Origin: a virus
IMG/VR virus record: IMGVR_UViG_2921643360_000001
Span: 1-64,000 of that record
Length of the DNA: 64,000 nt
Reading direction: 5' to 3' (one strand)
The translations under genes were made by a program, and so were the position numbers. How positions within the stretch are numbered: the first letter of the stretch is position 1; the number at the start of each line of letters is the position of its first letter. Positions 9,124-15,556 of the stretch are shown here, piece by piece. The notes beneath the pieces are model-generated. The model had not been told where the DNA came from. It worked only from the letters and a program-made list of their open reading frames with translations, and did no database searches.

Positions 9124-9339
9124 TCATCGCCCGACTCCCATCTCATCCCACAAGCGCACCGTTCGCGGCGCTGCGTCCTGCTTGTTCCAACCGTTTTCCG
9201 AGTGGCCGATGTCGAAATCGTCGTCAGAGTAGGATTCGACGCCCTCGAAATACTCGTCCTGCTTGCGGTCTTGCTGGTATTGCCAGTCGCCGTAAGCGCG
9301 TTGTTCCTGCTTGTGCTTTCGTTCGGTTCGATAGCCCAT
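9124..9339 (-). CDS. Hypothetical charged small protein
   Basis: 71-aa ORF in the operon. No motif recognised. Confidence 0.45.
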   Translation of the reverse strand: MGYRTERKHKQEQRAYGDWQYQQDRKQDEYFEGVESYSDDDFDIGHSENGWNKQDAAPRTVRLWDEMGVGR

Positions 9340-9371
9340 GATGTGTAGTCCTATTTGAGAGGGTTACTTCG

Positions 9372-9590
9372 CTACGTCAGCCCGACACCCGAGTTGTTCC
9401 GCCTACGGCTAGCGACGCAATAACGGCTCGGGATTGGGCTGCATCCGCTTTCACCCTGGCGAATCAGCCGATCCACGGTCGATTCGTCAGGGCTCAGGGC
9501 ATCCCACCCTGAATGAACCTCTTCAGCCGGTCTGGCTTCGTTCGCTTGCTGAAGGCGAGACACTTCGGTTCGGCTCTGTGCGATCGACAC
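9372..9590 (-). CDS. Questionable ORF (GTG start, no SD)
   Basis: 72-aa ORF with only moderate third-position GC and no ribosome-binding site seen. Confidence 0.25.
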   Translation of the reverse strand: MSIAQSRTEVSRLQQANEARPAEEVHSGWDALSPDESTVDRLIRQGESGCSPIPSRYCVASRRRNNSGVGLT

Positions 9591-9607
9591 GCGGCACCAG
9601 CGGGGTA

Positions 9608-9730
9608 CTACCAGAACTTCGCGATGAAGTGAAAGATTGCGTAGACGCCAAGCCCAACGAATCCGAGCCAGAAAAGCGTGAACAGAACCGCCATCAGTTC
9701 AACCGTTGTAAATCCCTTTTGCTTCTTCAT
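9608..9730 (-). CDS. 40-aa prepilin-like peptide (class III signal / N-methylation motif)
   Basis: My translation is MKKQKGFTTVELMAVLFTLFWLGFVGLGVYAIFHFIAKFW. 'KGFTTVE' plus 14 hydrophobic residues fits the type IV pilin N-terminal motif. SD GGAGG lies 5 nt upstream, and the start overlaps the upstream stop (ATGA). Confidence 0.6.
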   Translation of the reverse strand: MKKQKGFTTVELMAVLFTLFWLGFVGLGVYAIFHFIAKFW

Positions 9731-9858
9731 GCTTCCTCCCTCACTCCGATACGAAGCCTTTCATCGCGACGCTCGACCATCGAACCGCCTCGGCAGAGCG
9801 CCCAGGCGATCAGGCAGACGCCAGCCCAGACGGCGGCTATGATTTGAATGGTGGTCAT
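9727..9858 (-). CDS. 43-aa membrane peptide
   Basis: My translation is MTTIQIIAAVWAGVCLIAWALCRGGSMVERRDERLRIGVREEA. It is translationally coupled to both neighbours. Confidence 0.45.
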   Translation of the reverse strand: MTTIQIIAAVWAGVCLIAWALCRGGSMVERRDERLRIGVREEA

Positions 9859-9859
9859 G

Positions 9860-10240
9860 TCAAACCTCGATTTCGATGGGGACGGCGATAGCCAGAAGCT
9901 TCAACCGGTTGCCATCAGCGTTGCTCAGCGCCTCGGCCTCAGTCTGAAATGCGCCAGCATCAAGCGCGATCGAGTCTTCCGCCTGAGCGTCGTACACATT
10001 TACGAAAACAATCCGCTTTGGCTTGGATGCCATGCGCAGGCGATCAGCACTGAAACCTCGCGTACAGCCGGCATTGTCTTCGGCCCAGATGGTTTCGTGA
10101 CTGTCGATGCCTACATACACGACTGGATAACAATCGCCAAGATCTCCGGCCGGGGTTGCCATGATCGGCTCGCCGCGCTTGGCGGCTTCAAGGTTGAATG
10201 GCTTCAAGTCAGACTCCGGGTATGTTCGGTAGACCAGCAA
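9860..10240 (-). CDS. Hypothetical protein (start uncertain; TTG at 10240 or ATG at 10162)
   Basis: 126-aa ORF with protein-like sequence. Confidence 0.5.
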   Translation of the reverse strand: MLVYRTYPESDLKPFNLEAAKRGEPIMATPAGDLGDCYPVVYVGIDSHETIWAEDNAGCTRGFSADRLRMASKPKRIVFVNVYDAQAEDSIALDAGAFQTEAEALSNADGNRLKLLAIAVPIEIEV

Positions 10241-10340
10241 TCCCCTGTTCCTGCCATTGCATGAACGAGCTACGGGTCAAGGTCGGGTGGACGAAGACGA
10301 TCATCGCGGCGCCATACCGCATGCGATAGAGTTGGTTCAT
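10209..10340 (-). CDS. Possible 43-aa ORF
   Basis: ATG preceded by GGAG. Reads MNQLYRMRYGAAMIVFVHPTLTRSSFMQWQEQGIAGLPNIPGV and fills a gap. Confidence 0.3.
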   Translation of the reverse strand: MNQLYRMRYGAAMIVFVHPTLTRSSFMQWQEQGIAGLPNIPGV

Positions 10341-10349
10341 TGTCATCTC

Positions 10350-10502
10350 CTACGCCCAGACAACGCTGTCAAGGCTCACATAAACCGAATCCAGCACCCT
10401 TCCCGTCCGGGTTACCCGGTCGATGCGGTAGACGAATCCAAGGTGCTGCAACTTCTCCTGGGCTATCGTCATCAATCTGTGCACTGCGCGTTGGGGGTTC
10501 AT
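10350..10502 (-). CDS. Possible 50-aa ORF
   Basis: ATGA overlap with the upstream stop. Reads MNPQRAVHRLMTIAQEKLQHLGFVYRIDRVTRTGRVLDSVYVSLDSVVWA. Confidence 0.4.
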   Translation of the reverse strand: MNPQRAVHRLMTIAQEKLQHLGFVYRIDRVTRTGRVLDSVYVSLDSVVWA

Positions 10503-10852
10503 GATTGGCTCGCTAGCAATGCTTCGATCCGATCAGCCACTTCTCCGGGCGTTGTGCGGTCGCCATTCGGATAATGCGGCGAATAGAACAGGTCGCTTGA
10601 TACAGGGCCACTCAGTTCGAAGAACTCTTCGACCGCGTCCCACGATTCGTACCCGTTGAAATTCGGAACATCGTCGACCAACTTCAAACCTTGGTCTGTG
10701 AAAACCTTGTTGAAGCACGCATGGCCTACGGCGCAAGCCGTTGTTCCGCATGAGTTTTCATCGTCATGCCAACGGGCAAGATCGAACCTGATGGCGTCTT
10801 CCGGCAGGTTTCGCAGCATGGTCACCATTTGCTGCAAGCGTTCACGGTTCAT
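10499..10852 (-). CDS. Hypothetical phage protein
   Basis: Start placed at the second ATG (MNRERLQQ), which has GGAGG 6 nt upstream. Conserved-looking 'CGTTACAVGHA' segment. Confidence 0.55.
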   Translation of the reverse strand: MNRERLQQMVTMLRNLPEDAIRFDLARWHDDENSCGTTACAVGHACFNKVFTDQGLKLVDDVPNFNGYESWDAVEEFFELSGPVSSDLFYSPHYPNGDRTTPGEVADRIEALLASQS

Positions 10853-10956
10853 TTCAGCCTCCATGCATCCATCGCCTCAACAGCGATAATCGCTAGCAGA
10901 GCGAAAGTGGTGGGGAGTAGTTCGAGGTGGGTGAAGAGGGACATGGCGGCGGCCGG

Positions 10957-11334
10957 TTAGGCGGCTTTCTTGAACGTCCGGACGACCACCATCTTTTCTT
11001 CCTCGGTGACGTCCAGGTTGTAGGCCTCATCCATCCAGTCGATAGCCTCGGGCTCGCCGTGCTTGCCACCGCCGTACCAGTATGTCCAGCCTACCCATGA
11101 GCCGTCTGGAGCCTTAGCGGCTACCGACTTGCTCTCGTAGTGCCGCGACGACTGGCAGGGAAGTTTCGTTTCAACTTCGCCTTCGCGAACCTCGTAGATC
11201 GCGTCCCACTTGTCCTCGCACTCGTCGTACAGATCGTCGATGTTGTCGGCGGTCACTTCGACTTCAATCGGCGTCTCGGCCCAGTCGGCGATTCTGGCGA
11301 GGATGATGTGTTTGATCTTTTGTTCGGGCGTCAT
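10957..11334 (-). CDS. Hypothetical acidic phage protein; first convincing gene of the PL operon
   Basis: Start at the internal ATG 11334 (MTPEQKIKHII...), with a GGAG-containing leader. Confidence 0.55.
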   Translation of the reverse strand: MTPEQKIKHIILARIADWAETPIEVEVTADNIDDLYDECEDKWDAIYEVREGEVETKLPCQSSRHYESKSVAAKAPDGSWVGWTYWYGGGKHGEPEAIDWMDEAYNLDVTEEEKMVVVRTFKKAA

Positions 11335-11939
11335 GTCTGCTCCAATAGTTGTCCTAACCGCATTGCACAAAATACTGACGGGAGGGCGCTGTTACTGTGC
11401 CGCCGACTTCGGCTAACCTACTGCACCGCCATGCGCATGTTTCAGCGATGGGCTAACGTGGCTCAGTTTCGCGGGTACTCGTCGTTGGCAGGGAGCCCAG
11501 CGGGCCCTTTCGTCAATACTCGTCTCATGGAACGGGGCCGGCGGTTTCCATCTGATCCGGCTTGGGGCGTGGCACTGATTCCCCGCTTGTACGGCATATG
11601 CCGCTCATACCACCTATCACCGGAAGTTCGCGCCATTTAGGTCGTTCGACCGCAGGACTACCAGAGCCGGTTTCGATCTTGCTGCCCGTCACCACCGGGC
11701 TACCCGTTCCATCAAACTGCTTCTTCGGACCCATCCGGCTACACCTGGCAGGCCAGCTCCGGCCTGGGTCCGTCCTACTCCTCCACCAACCGCGCAACTC
11801 ACAAGGTCACGCGACTGCCGCAGGTGCGTTCGCTTTCTACTCGAGCGAACAGCTTTGTTCCGAGCTGCGAAAAGAAACCCCGCAGAATGGTTGGCTTAAC
11901 TACGCCTTTTGCGCACCATGGGCGCGACGTACTGTGAAG

Positions 11940-11951
11940 TTGTTAAAGAGC
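11940..11951 (-). promoter_or_regulatory. rrn-type boxA-like element (GCTCTTTAACAA) about 45 nt downstream of the predicted PL start
   Basis: The minus strand reads GGCTCTTTAACAACTTC. This matches 12 of the 13 nt of E. coli rrn boxA (TGCTCTTTAACAA) and sits where lambda carries nutL. Confidence 0.5.
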
Positions 11952-12000
11952 CCTCAGACTGCGAGGTGCGCCGTTGCGCGGTGTTGCTGGTATGGATAGA

Positions 12001-12029
12001 ACGATAGCAAACGCTCTCGAAGAACGCAA
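12001..12029 (-). promoter_or_regulatory. PL early-left promoter (-35 TTGCGT, 17-nt spacer, -10 TATCGT)
   Basis: Same hexamers, spacing and embedded operator as the PR copy at 12979..13007. Confidence 0.6.
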
Positions 12030-12038
12030 GCAAAAGCT
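12006..12038. promoter_or_regulatory. OL operators (AGCAAACGCT, AGCAAAAGCT; 23-bp spacing)
   Basis: Each is one mismatch from the OR motif AGCAAATGCT. The 23-bp phasing is identical to OR sites 2 and 3. Confidence 0.55.
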
Positions 12039-12081
12039 ATCGTTGATCGATAAATTTTTTTAGCGCTAGTGTTGCGCAGAA

Positions 12082-12106
12082 ACAAAAAAGCCCGCCGAAG
12101 CGGGCT
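12082..12106 (-). terminator. Rho-independent terminator after the repressor gene
   Basis: Minus strand reads GCCCGCTTCGGCGGGC followed by TTTTTTGTTT, 22 nt after the stop. Confidence 0.8.
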
Positions 12107-12127
12107 GAACAAGCGTTTGAGTGTTTT

Positions 12128-12910
12128 TCAGGTGCTGCGATACATGCCGGATCCGCGCGGCACGATGGCGCCTACACGATGGATAGACACGATATCGGCC
12201 AGCGACCTCGTGATTGGAGGAATGCCATTGTTGATCGAACCAAGGCTGACTTCCTCATCACGGATCCACAACAATTCTTTGACGACAGCGCTGCCGTCGA
12301 CAAACTTGACCACCACATCATCACCCGGAAGAGCTTCGACGCCGGGTTCCACAACGATGTGTTCGCCACTCTTTATGCGCGGCCTCATGCTATCGCCGCG
12401 CACCTTCAAACCATAGGCCGTTGGGTCTGGTGAATGGATGTTGAGCCATCCATGGCCGTGACCTGGCGGATAGTCGTCGATACTGATAAACCCATCCGGC
12501 CCACCCTGCACTTCCCCGACCACGGCTATATCCCTCCCAGCCTTTAGTTCCAATCGCTCGCCAACGTTTGCTTCTGCTCGTGGCAGGCCTTCGATACTAG
12601 CCCCACCTTTCGGGACCGAAGGCGCAATCATGCCTGACTTTTGCCGGTTCTTCGAGATATCAGTGTCCGCTGAAATGTGGTTGCCGGTGACGCCCAAATC
12701 GAAGTAGAGAGTCGGCAAGCCAAGTTCGGACTCGAGTCGCCGCGCAGCTCCTTCGCCGAACCCGCGTCCCTCCCGATAGTTCGGGTTCAGCAGTTGTCGG
12801 ATCCGAGCCGCATCCTGGTTGTGCAGTCGAGCGAATTCAGCGGCGACCCCTCCCGCCTCCCTGTCCACTAGTTCCTGTAGCCGCTTACGGCGGTGCGCAT
12901 GTATGTCCAT
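12128..12910 (-). CDS. CI-like repressor with LexA/S24 peptidase C-terminal domain
   Basis: Start at ATG 12910 (MDIHAHRRK). The C-terminus 'GLKVRGDSMRPRIKSGEHIVVEP...VVKEL' is the S24 Ser/Lys autocleavage fold. Transcribed divergently from the cro-like gene. Confidence 0.85.
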   Translation of the reverse strand: MDIHAHRRKRLQELVDREAGGVAAEFARLHNQDAARIRQLLNPNYREGRGFGEGAARRLESELGLPTLYFDLGVTGNHISADTDISKNRQKSGMIAPSVPKGGASIEGLPRAEANVGERLELKAGRDIAVVGEVQGGPDGFISIDDYPPGHGHGWLNIHSPDPTAYGLKVRGDSMRPRIKSGEHIVVEPGVEALPGDDVVVKFVDGSAVVKELLWIRDEEVSLGSINNGIPPITRSLADIVSIHRVGAIVPRGSGMYRST

Positions 12911-12932
12911 GGCGGAATTAGAACCGAAAACT

Positions 12933-13002
12933 AGCATTTGCTGTGAAAGCAGAATTTATCATTTCAGCACGCAAATGCTTGCGTTTAGCGGAAGCATTTG
13001 CT
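12933..13002. promoter_or_regulatory. OR operators: three copies of AGCATTTGCT / its complement
   Basis: Sites at 12933..12942, 12970..12979 (complement, 9/10) and 12993..13002, in the 103-bp divergent intergenic region. Confidence 0.7.
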
Positions 13003-13007
13003 ATCGT
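12979..13007 (+). promoter_or_regulatory. PR early-right promoter (-35 TTGCGT, 17 nt, -10 TATCGT)
   Basis: The -10 ends 6 nt before the cro ATG (13014), which implies a leaderless or near-leaderless cro mRNA. Confidence 0.55.
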
Positions 13008-13013
13008 TTGTCC

Positions 13014-13343
13014 ATGGATACCTTTCGCACCTACTTCAAAGGGCTGACCAAGGCCGAACGCGACGCGCTCGCCAAACAGGTCGGTACGACGGCTGCCTAT
13101 CTCTGGCAGATCGCCTACAAACAGCGTCGCTGCAACGAGTCGATGGCTATCGAGATTGAGAAAGCATCGCAGCGCGCGGTGACGGTCGAAGACCTTCGTC
13201 CCGATGTCGACTGGGCGTACGTCCGGAACTCGGCTCAGTCGATTGCCGATAGTGAAATTGTAGACCGCGCGCAGGCGAGCGACGACGCGCAACCGCCTGT
13301 AGGTCGCGGGAGCGCAGCTAGACACAAAAAAAGCAGTCAATAA
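13014..13343 (+). CDS. Cro/YdaS-like HTH regulator
   Basis: Internal ATG of ORF 12819..13343. 'LAKQVGTTAAYLWQIAYKQRRCNESMAIEIEKAS' is a YdaS/Cro-type HTH. Divergent from the repressor. Confidence 0.75.
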   Translation: MDTFRTYFKGLTKAERDALAKQVGTTAAYLWQIAYKQRRCNESMAIEIEKASQRAVTVEDLRPDVDWAYVRNSAQSIADSEIVDRAQASDDAQPPVGRGSAARHKKSSQ

Positions 13344-13351
13344 CAGGCCGT

Positions 13352-13372
13352 CACCCCTCACGGCGAGGGGTG
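13352..13372 (+). terminator. GC-rich hairpin after cro (tR1/nutR-position structure; no U-tract)
   Basis: CACCCCTC-acggc-GAGGGGTG, an 8-bp stem 9 nt after the stop. Confidence 0.35.
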
Positions 13373-13429
13373 CATACAACGATTTCACCAAGAGCATGTG
13401 GGGTTCATAGGGCTAGTAGTAGTTGAAAA

Positions 13430-13468
13430 ATTTTACGTTGCATCCGAGCGGTTAGCGGATGGGTTAGC
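13430..13468 (-). promoter_or_regulatory. PRE-like leftward promoter: direct repeats GCTAACC-N5-GCTAACC plus TAAAAT
   Basis: Minus strand reads GCTAACCCATCCGCTAACC, then 14 nt, then TAAAAT. It lies between cro and the cII-position gene and points antisense to cro toward the repressor. Confidence 0.35.
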
Positions 13469-13491
13469 AAAATTTTCGATACGAGGCACTT

Positions 13492-13842
13492 ATGGACGAC
13501 GAACTGGCAATGGTTGGCGGGATGGTGAAGCGGCCTGATTTCCTGCCTGACGAAGTGATTGATGCCTGCAAGAGCTACCGCGATGCGGTCAGGGTCTCGT
13601 GGGAATACCGAAGGATCAAGCAGATGCACCGCTGCACGCTGGCAGAAAGAATCGATCGGAAGGCGCAGCACGTTTCCGATTACCTCGCGCAGGATGACGA
13701 GCCACATCGGCGGAATCTTCCTGCCGATTCTCTCGATCTGTGGGCGTGTGCTGTTGGCAATTTCGGCGTCCAGCAATGGCTTAACCGCCAGTCACGCTTG
13801 ACGATTCTCGAGGAAGTGATTGCGGAGAGGGCTGCAGCATGA
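13492..13842 (+). CDS. CII-position regulatory protein (putative)
   Basis: 116 aa, the first gene after cro, with an HTH-like segment 'CTLAERIDRKAQHVSDYL'. Assigned mainly by position. Confidence 0.4.
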   Translation: MDDELAMVGGMVKRPDFLPDEVIDACKSYRDAVRVSWEYRRIKQMHRCTLAERIDRKAQHVSDYLAQDDEPHRRNLPADSLDLWACAVGNFGVQQWLNRQSRLTILEEVIAERAAA

Positions 13843-14012
13843 CGCTACACAAACGCAACGAACTCCAGCGCGCCCAATGGGATGCGTATCTGGCCCGTCA
13901 GGACGTGTCGGTATTCGAACGCGTCTTGCGGTCGCCCATCACGTTCGGAATCGCCATGGCGGCTCTCTGTGCGCTGCCAGTCGTGGTCGTAGTTCTCTTG
14001 CTGGAGTGCTGA
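13839..14012 (+). CDS. 57-aa membrane-anchored peptide
   Basis: ATGA-coupled to the upstream gene. C-terminal TM 'FGIAMAALCALPVVVVVLLL'. Confidence 0.45.
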   Translation: MTLHKRNELQRAQWDAYLARQDVSVFERVLRSPITFGIAMAALCALPVVVVVLLLEC

Positions 14013-14013
14013 G

Positions 14014-14202
14014 ATGCGCGCTGACCAACGAGTAATTGATGACGCCCGTGAGGCTCGAATCGGCGAGTTGGCAGCGCGCATTGACGCCGCCGATACGGCA
14101 GAGGCGCGAGCAATCCTGTTTAGACAGATGAGAGATGAGATTAGACAGCGAAGCATCGAGCAAGTGTGCCGGATGGAAGCTGAGAAGGGGCTGAATCGAT
14201 AG
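14014..14202 (+). CDS. Hypothetical helical small protein
   Basis: 62-aa ORF that starts 1 nt after the upstream stop. Confidence 0.45.
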   Translation: MRADQRVIDDAREARIGELAARIDAADTAEARAILFRQMRDEIRQRSIEQVCRMEAEKGLNR

Positions 14203-14479
14203 AGACAGCGCCTTTCGTCCGGGCGAACAAATGCAACTGGGCCTGATTGGGCTGGCAGACGAGAAAACAACCGGGTGGCGAGCCCCGTAAAGCGCGCAGG
14301 ATCGGTCGGGGCGCTTGCAGGGGGCCTCGGGGTTAGGCGGACACAGACGCCAGCCAGGAACGACGCGAGATAGGGGTGACGCCGGGGACGGTGGAGACAG
14401 ATTGGCCTTCTGGAGTTGACGGGCAGCGTTCGATGACGACTGATTTTGCGAAACGTGTCACTGGTTATGCGGATTAAGA

Positions 14480-14493
14480 GTGCAACGTTGCAC
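14480..14493. repeat. Perfect 14-bp palindrome GTGCAACGTTGCAC
   Basis: Seen directly in the ORF-free tract 14203..14610 upstream of the replication genes. Confidence 0.5.
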
Positions 14494-14610
14494 GCTTTTC
14501 GACGCCGCATAGTACTCCTCACCGCCGCAGGCGGCCGGTCCGGAGCTTTCACCCCAACCCCTGCATTAGTCGGGGTCCGTCCTGACAAAACGGAGGGGAA
14601 GGTGAAAAGG

Positions 14611-14709
14611 ATGCTGAAGAAGATTCTGATCTGGCTGTACTGCCGCGGCGTGTTGAGCATGACAACAGTGGCGCGGATGTTTGAACGTTTCGACTTGAGA
14701 GGGCTGTAA
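14611..14709 (+). CDS. Possible 32-aa peptide
   Basis: ATG preceded by GGAGGGGAAGGTG. Reads MLKKILIWLYCRGVLSMTTVARMFERFDLRGL. Confidence 0.35.
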   Translation: MLKKILIWLYCRGVLSMTTVARMFERFDLRGL

Positions 14710-14710
14710 C

Positions 14711-15556
14711 TTGATTACTGAATTGCAACTGCATCCGCTCTGCACTCTCTTCCCGAGAATTGTCGGTGCGGAATTTGAGGCGTTGAAGGCGGACATCGTC
14801 GCCAATGGCCTGCGTCAGCCGATTGTGGTCCACGACGGCATGATCCTGGACGGCGGCAATCGCTATCGTGCCTGTATCGAGGCTGGAATCGAACCGTCTA
14901 CGGTTGAATTTGATGGCGGCAATCTGGTGTCGTTCGTCCTGTCGGCCAATCTGCATCGCCGCCACCTGTCAGAAGGCCAGCATGCCGCAATCGTCGCGAG
15001 CGCCCAGCAATGGGAGTCCGCGCAATCGCAAGGGAGACCGAAGAAAACCGGTAACGTTACCGGATTATCGACAGTGGCAGAGAGACGGGCGGTATCTGGC
15101 GCAAGCGATAAGACGCAGCGCATGGCGGACAAGGTGGCGAGAGAGTCACCGGAACTCGCAAAGAAAGTCGCGCAAGGCGAAGTCAGCCTTCCTAAAGCAA
15201 TCAAGCAGCTCGCGCCTGCAAAGGCCGCCCCAGTAGCGGAACCTGAGCCCGAACAGGTCGAGGCCGCAGAGGAGGAGTTTGGCCCTAGCGCGGAAGAGAT
15301 CGCATTTCTTGAGGCGACCGAACAGGCCGACAGAGACGCCTATAACAACCTTGTCGAGATCGCAGCGGCTGACGACAAACTCGCCGAGGCGCTTGCACTG
15401 GTCGTCACGCAAACCCATGAGATCGCACGACTCAGGGCGCTTGTTCGTGTCGTAGAAGAGTCGCGCGACGGCAAGATGATGACGATCAACGAGCAGATCC
15501 GCACGATCAAATCATTGCAGCGAAAACTCGAAAAATTCGAAAGGACTGCGGCATGA
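14711..15556 (+). CDS. ParB/Srx N-terminal (ParB-like nuclease) domain protein
   Basis: TTG start. 'LRQPIVVHDGMILDGGNRYRACIEAG' is the ParB-N core. Confidence 0.75.
   Translation: MITELQLHPLCTLFPRIVGAEFEALKADIVANGLRQPIVVHDGMILDGGNRYRACIEAGIEPSTVEFDGGNLVSFVLSANLHRRHLSEGQHAAIVASAQQWESAQSQGRPKKTGNVTGLSTVAERRAVSGASDKTQRMADKVARESPELAKKVAQGEVSLPKAIKQLAPAKAAPVAEPEPEQVEAAEEEFGPSAEEIAFLEATEQADRDAYNNLVEIAAADDKLAEALALVVTQTHEIARLRALVRVVEESRDGKMMTINEQIRTIKSLQRKLEKFERTAA

Noticed and set aside
11562-11999. 145-aa plus-strand ORF in the PL leader region
   Set aside because: It has a TTG start without SD and a P/L/G/S/R-rich composition. It runs against the direction of the early-left transcript and no motif was recognised. 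It is kept only as a formal alternative in the leader finding.
13845-14660. 271-aa minus-strand ORF across the cII-downstream region
   Set aside because: It overlaps three coupled plus-strand small genes in antisense. It is P/R/S-rich with no motif or RBS. The underlying tract is better treated as ORF-free regulatory DNA.
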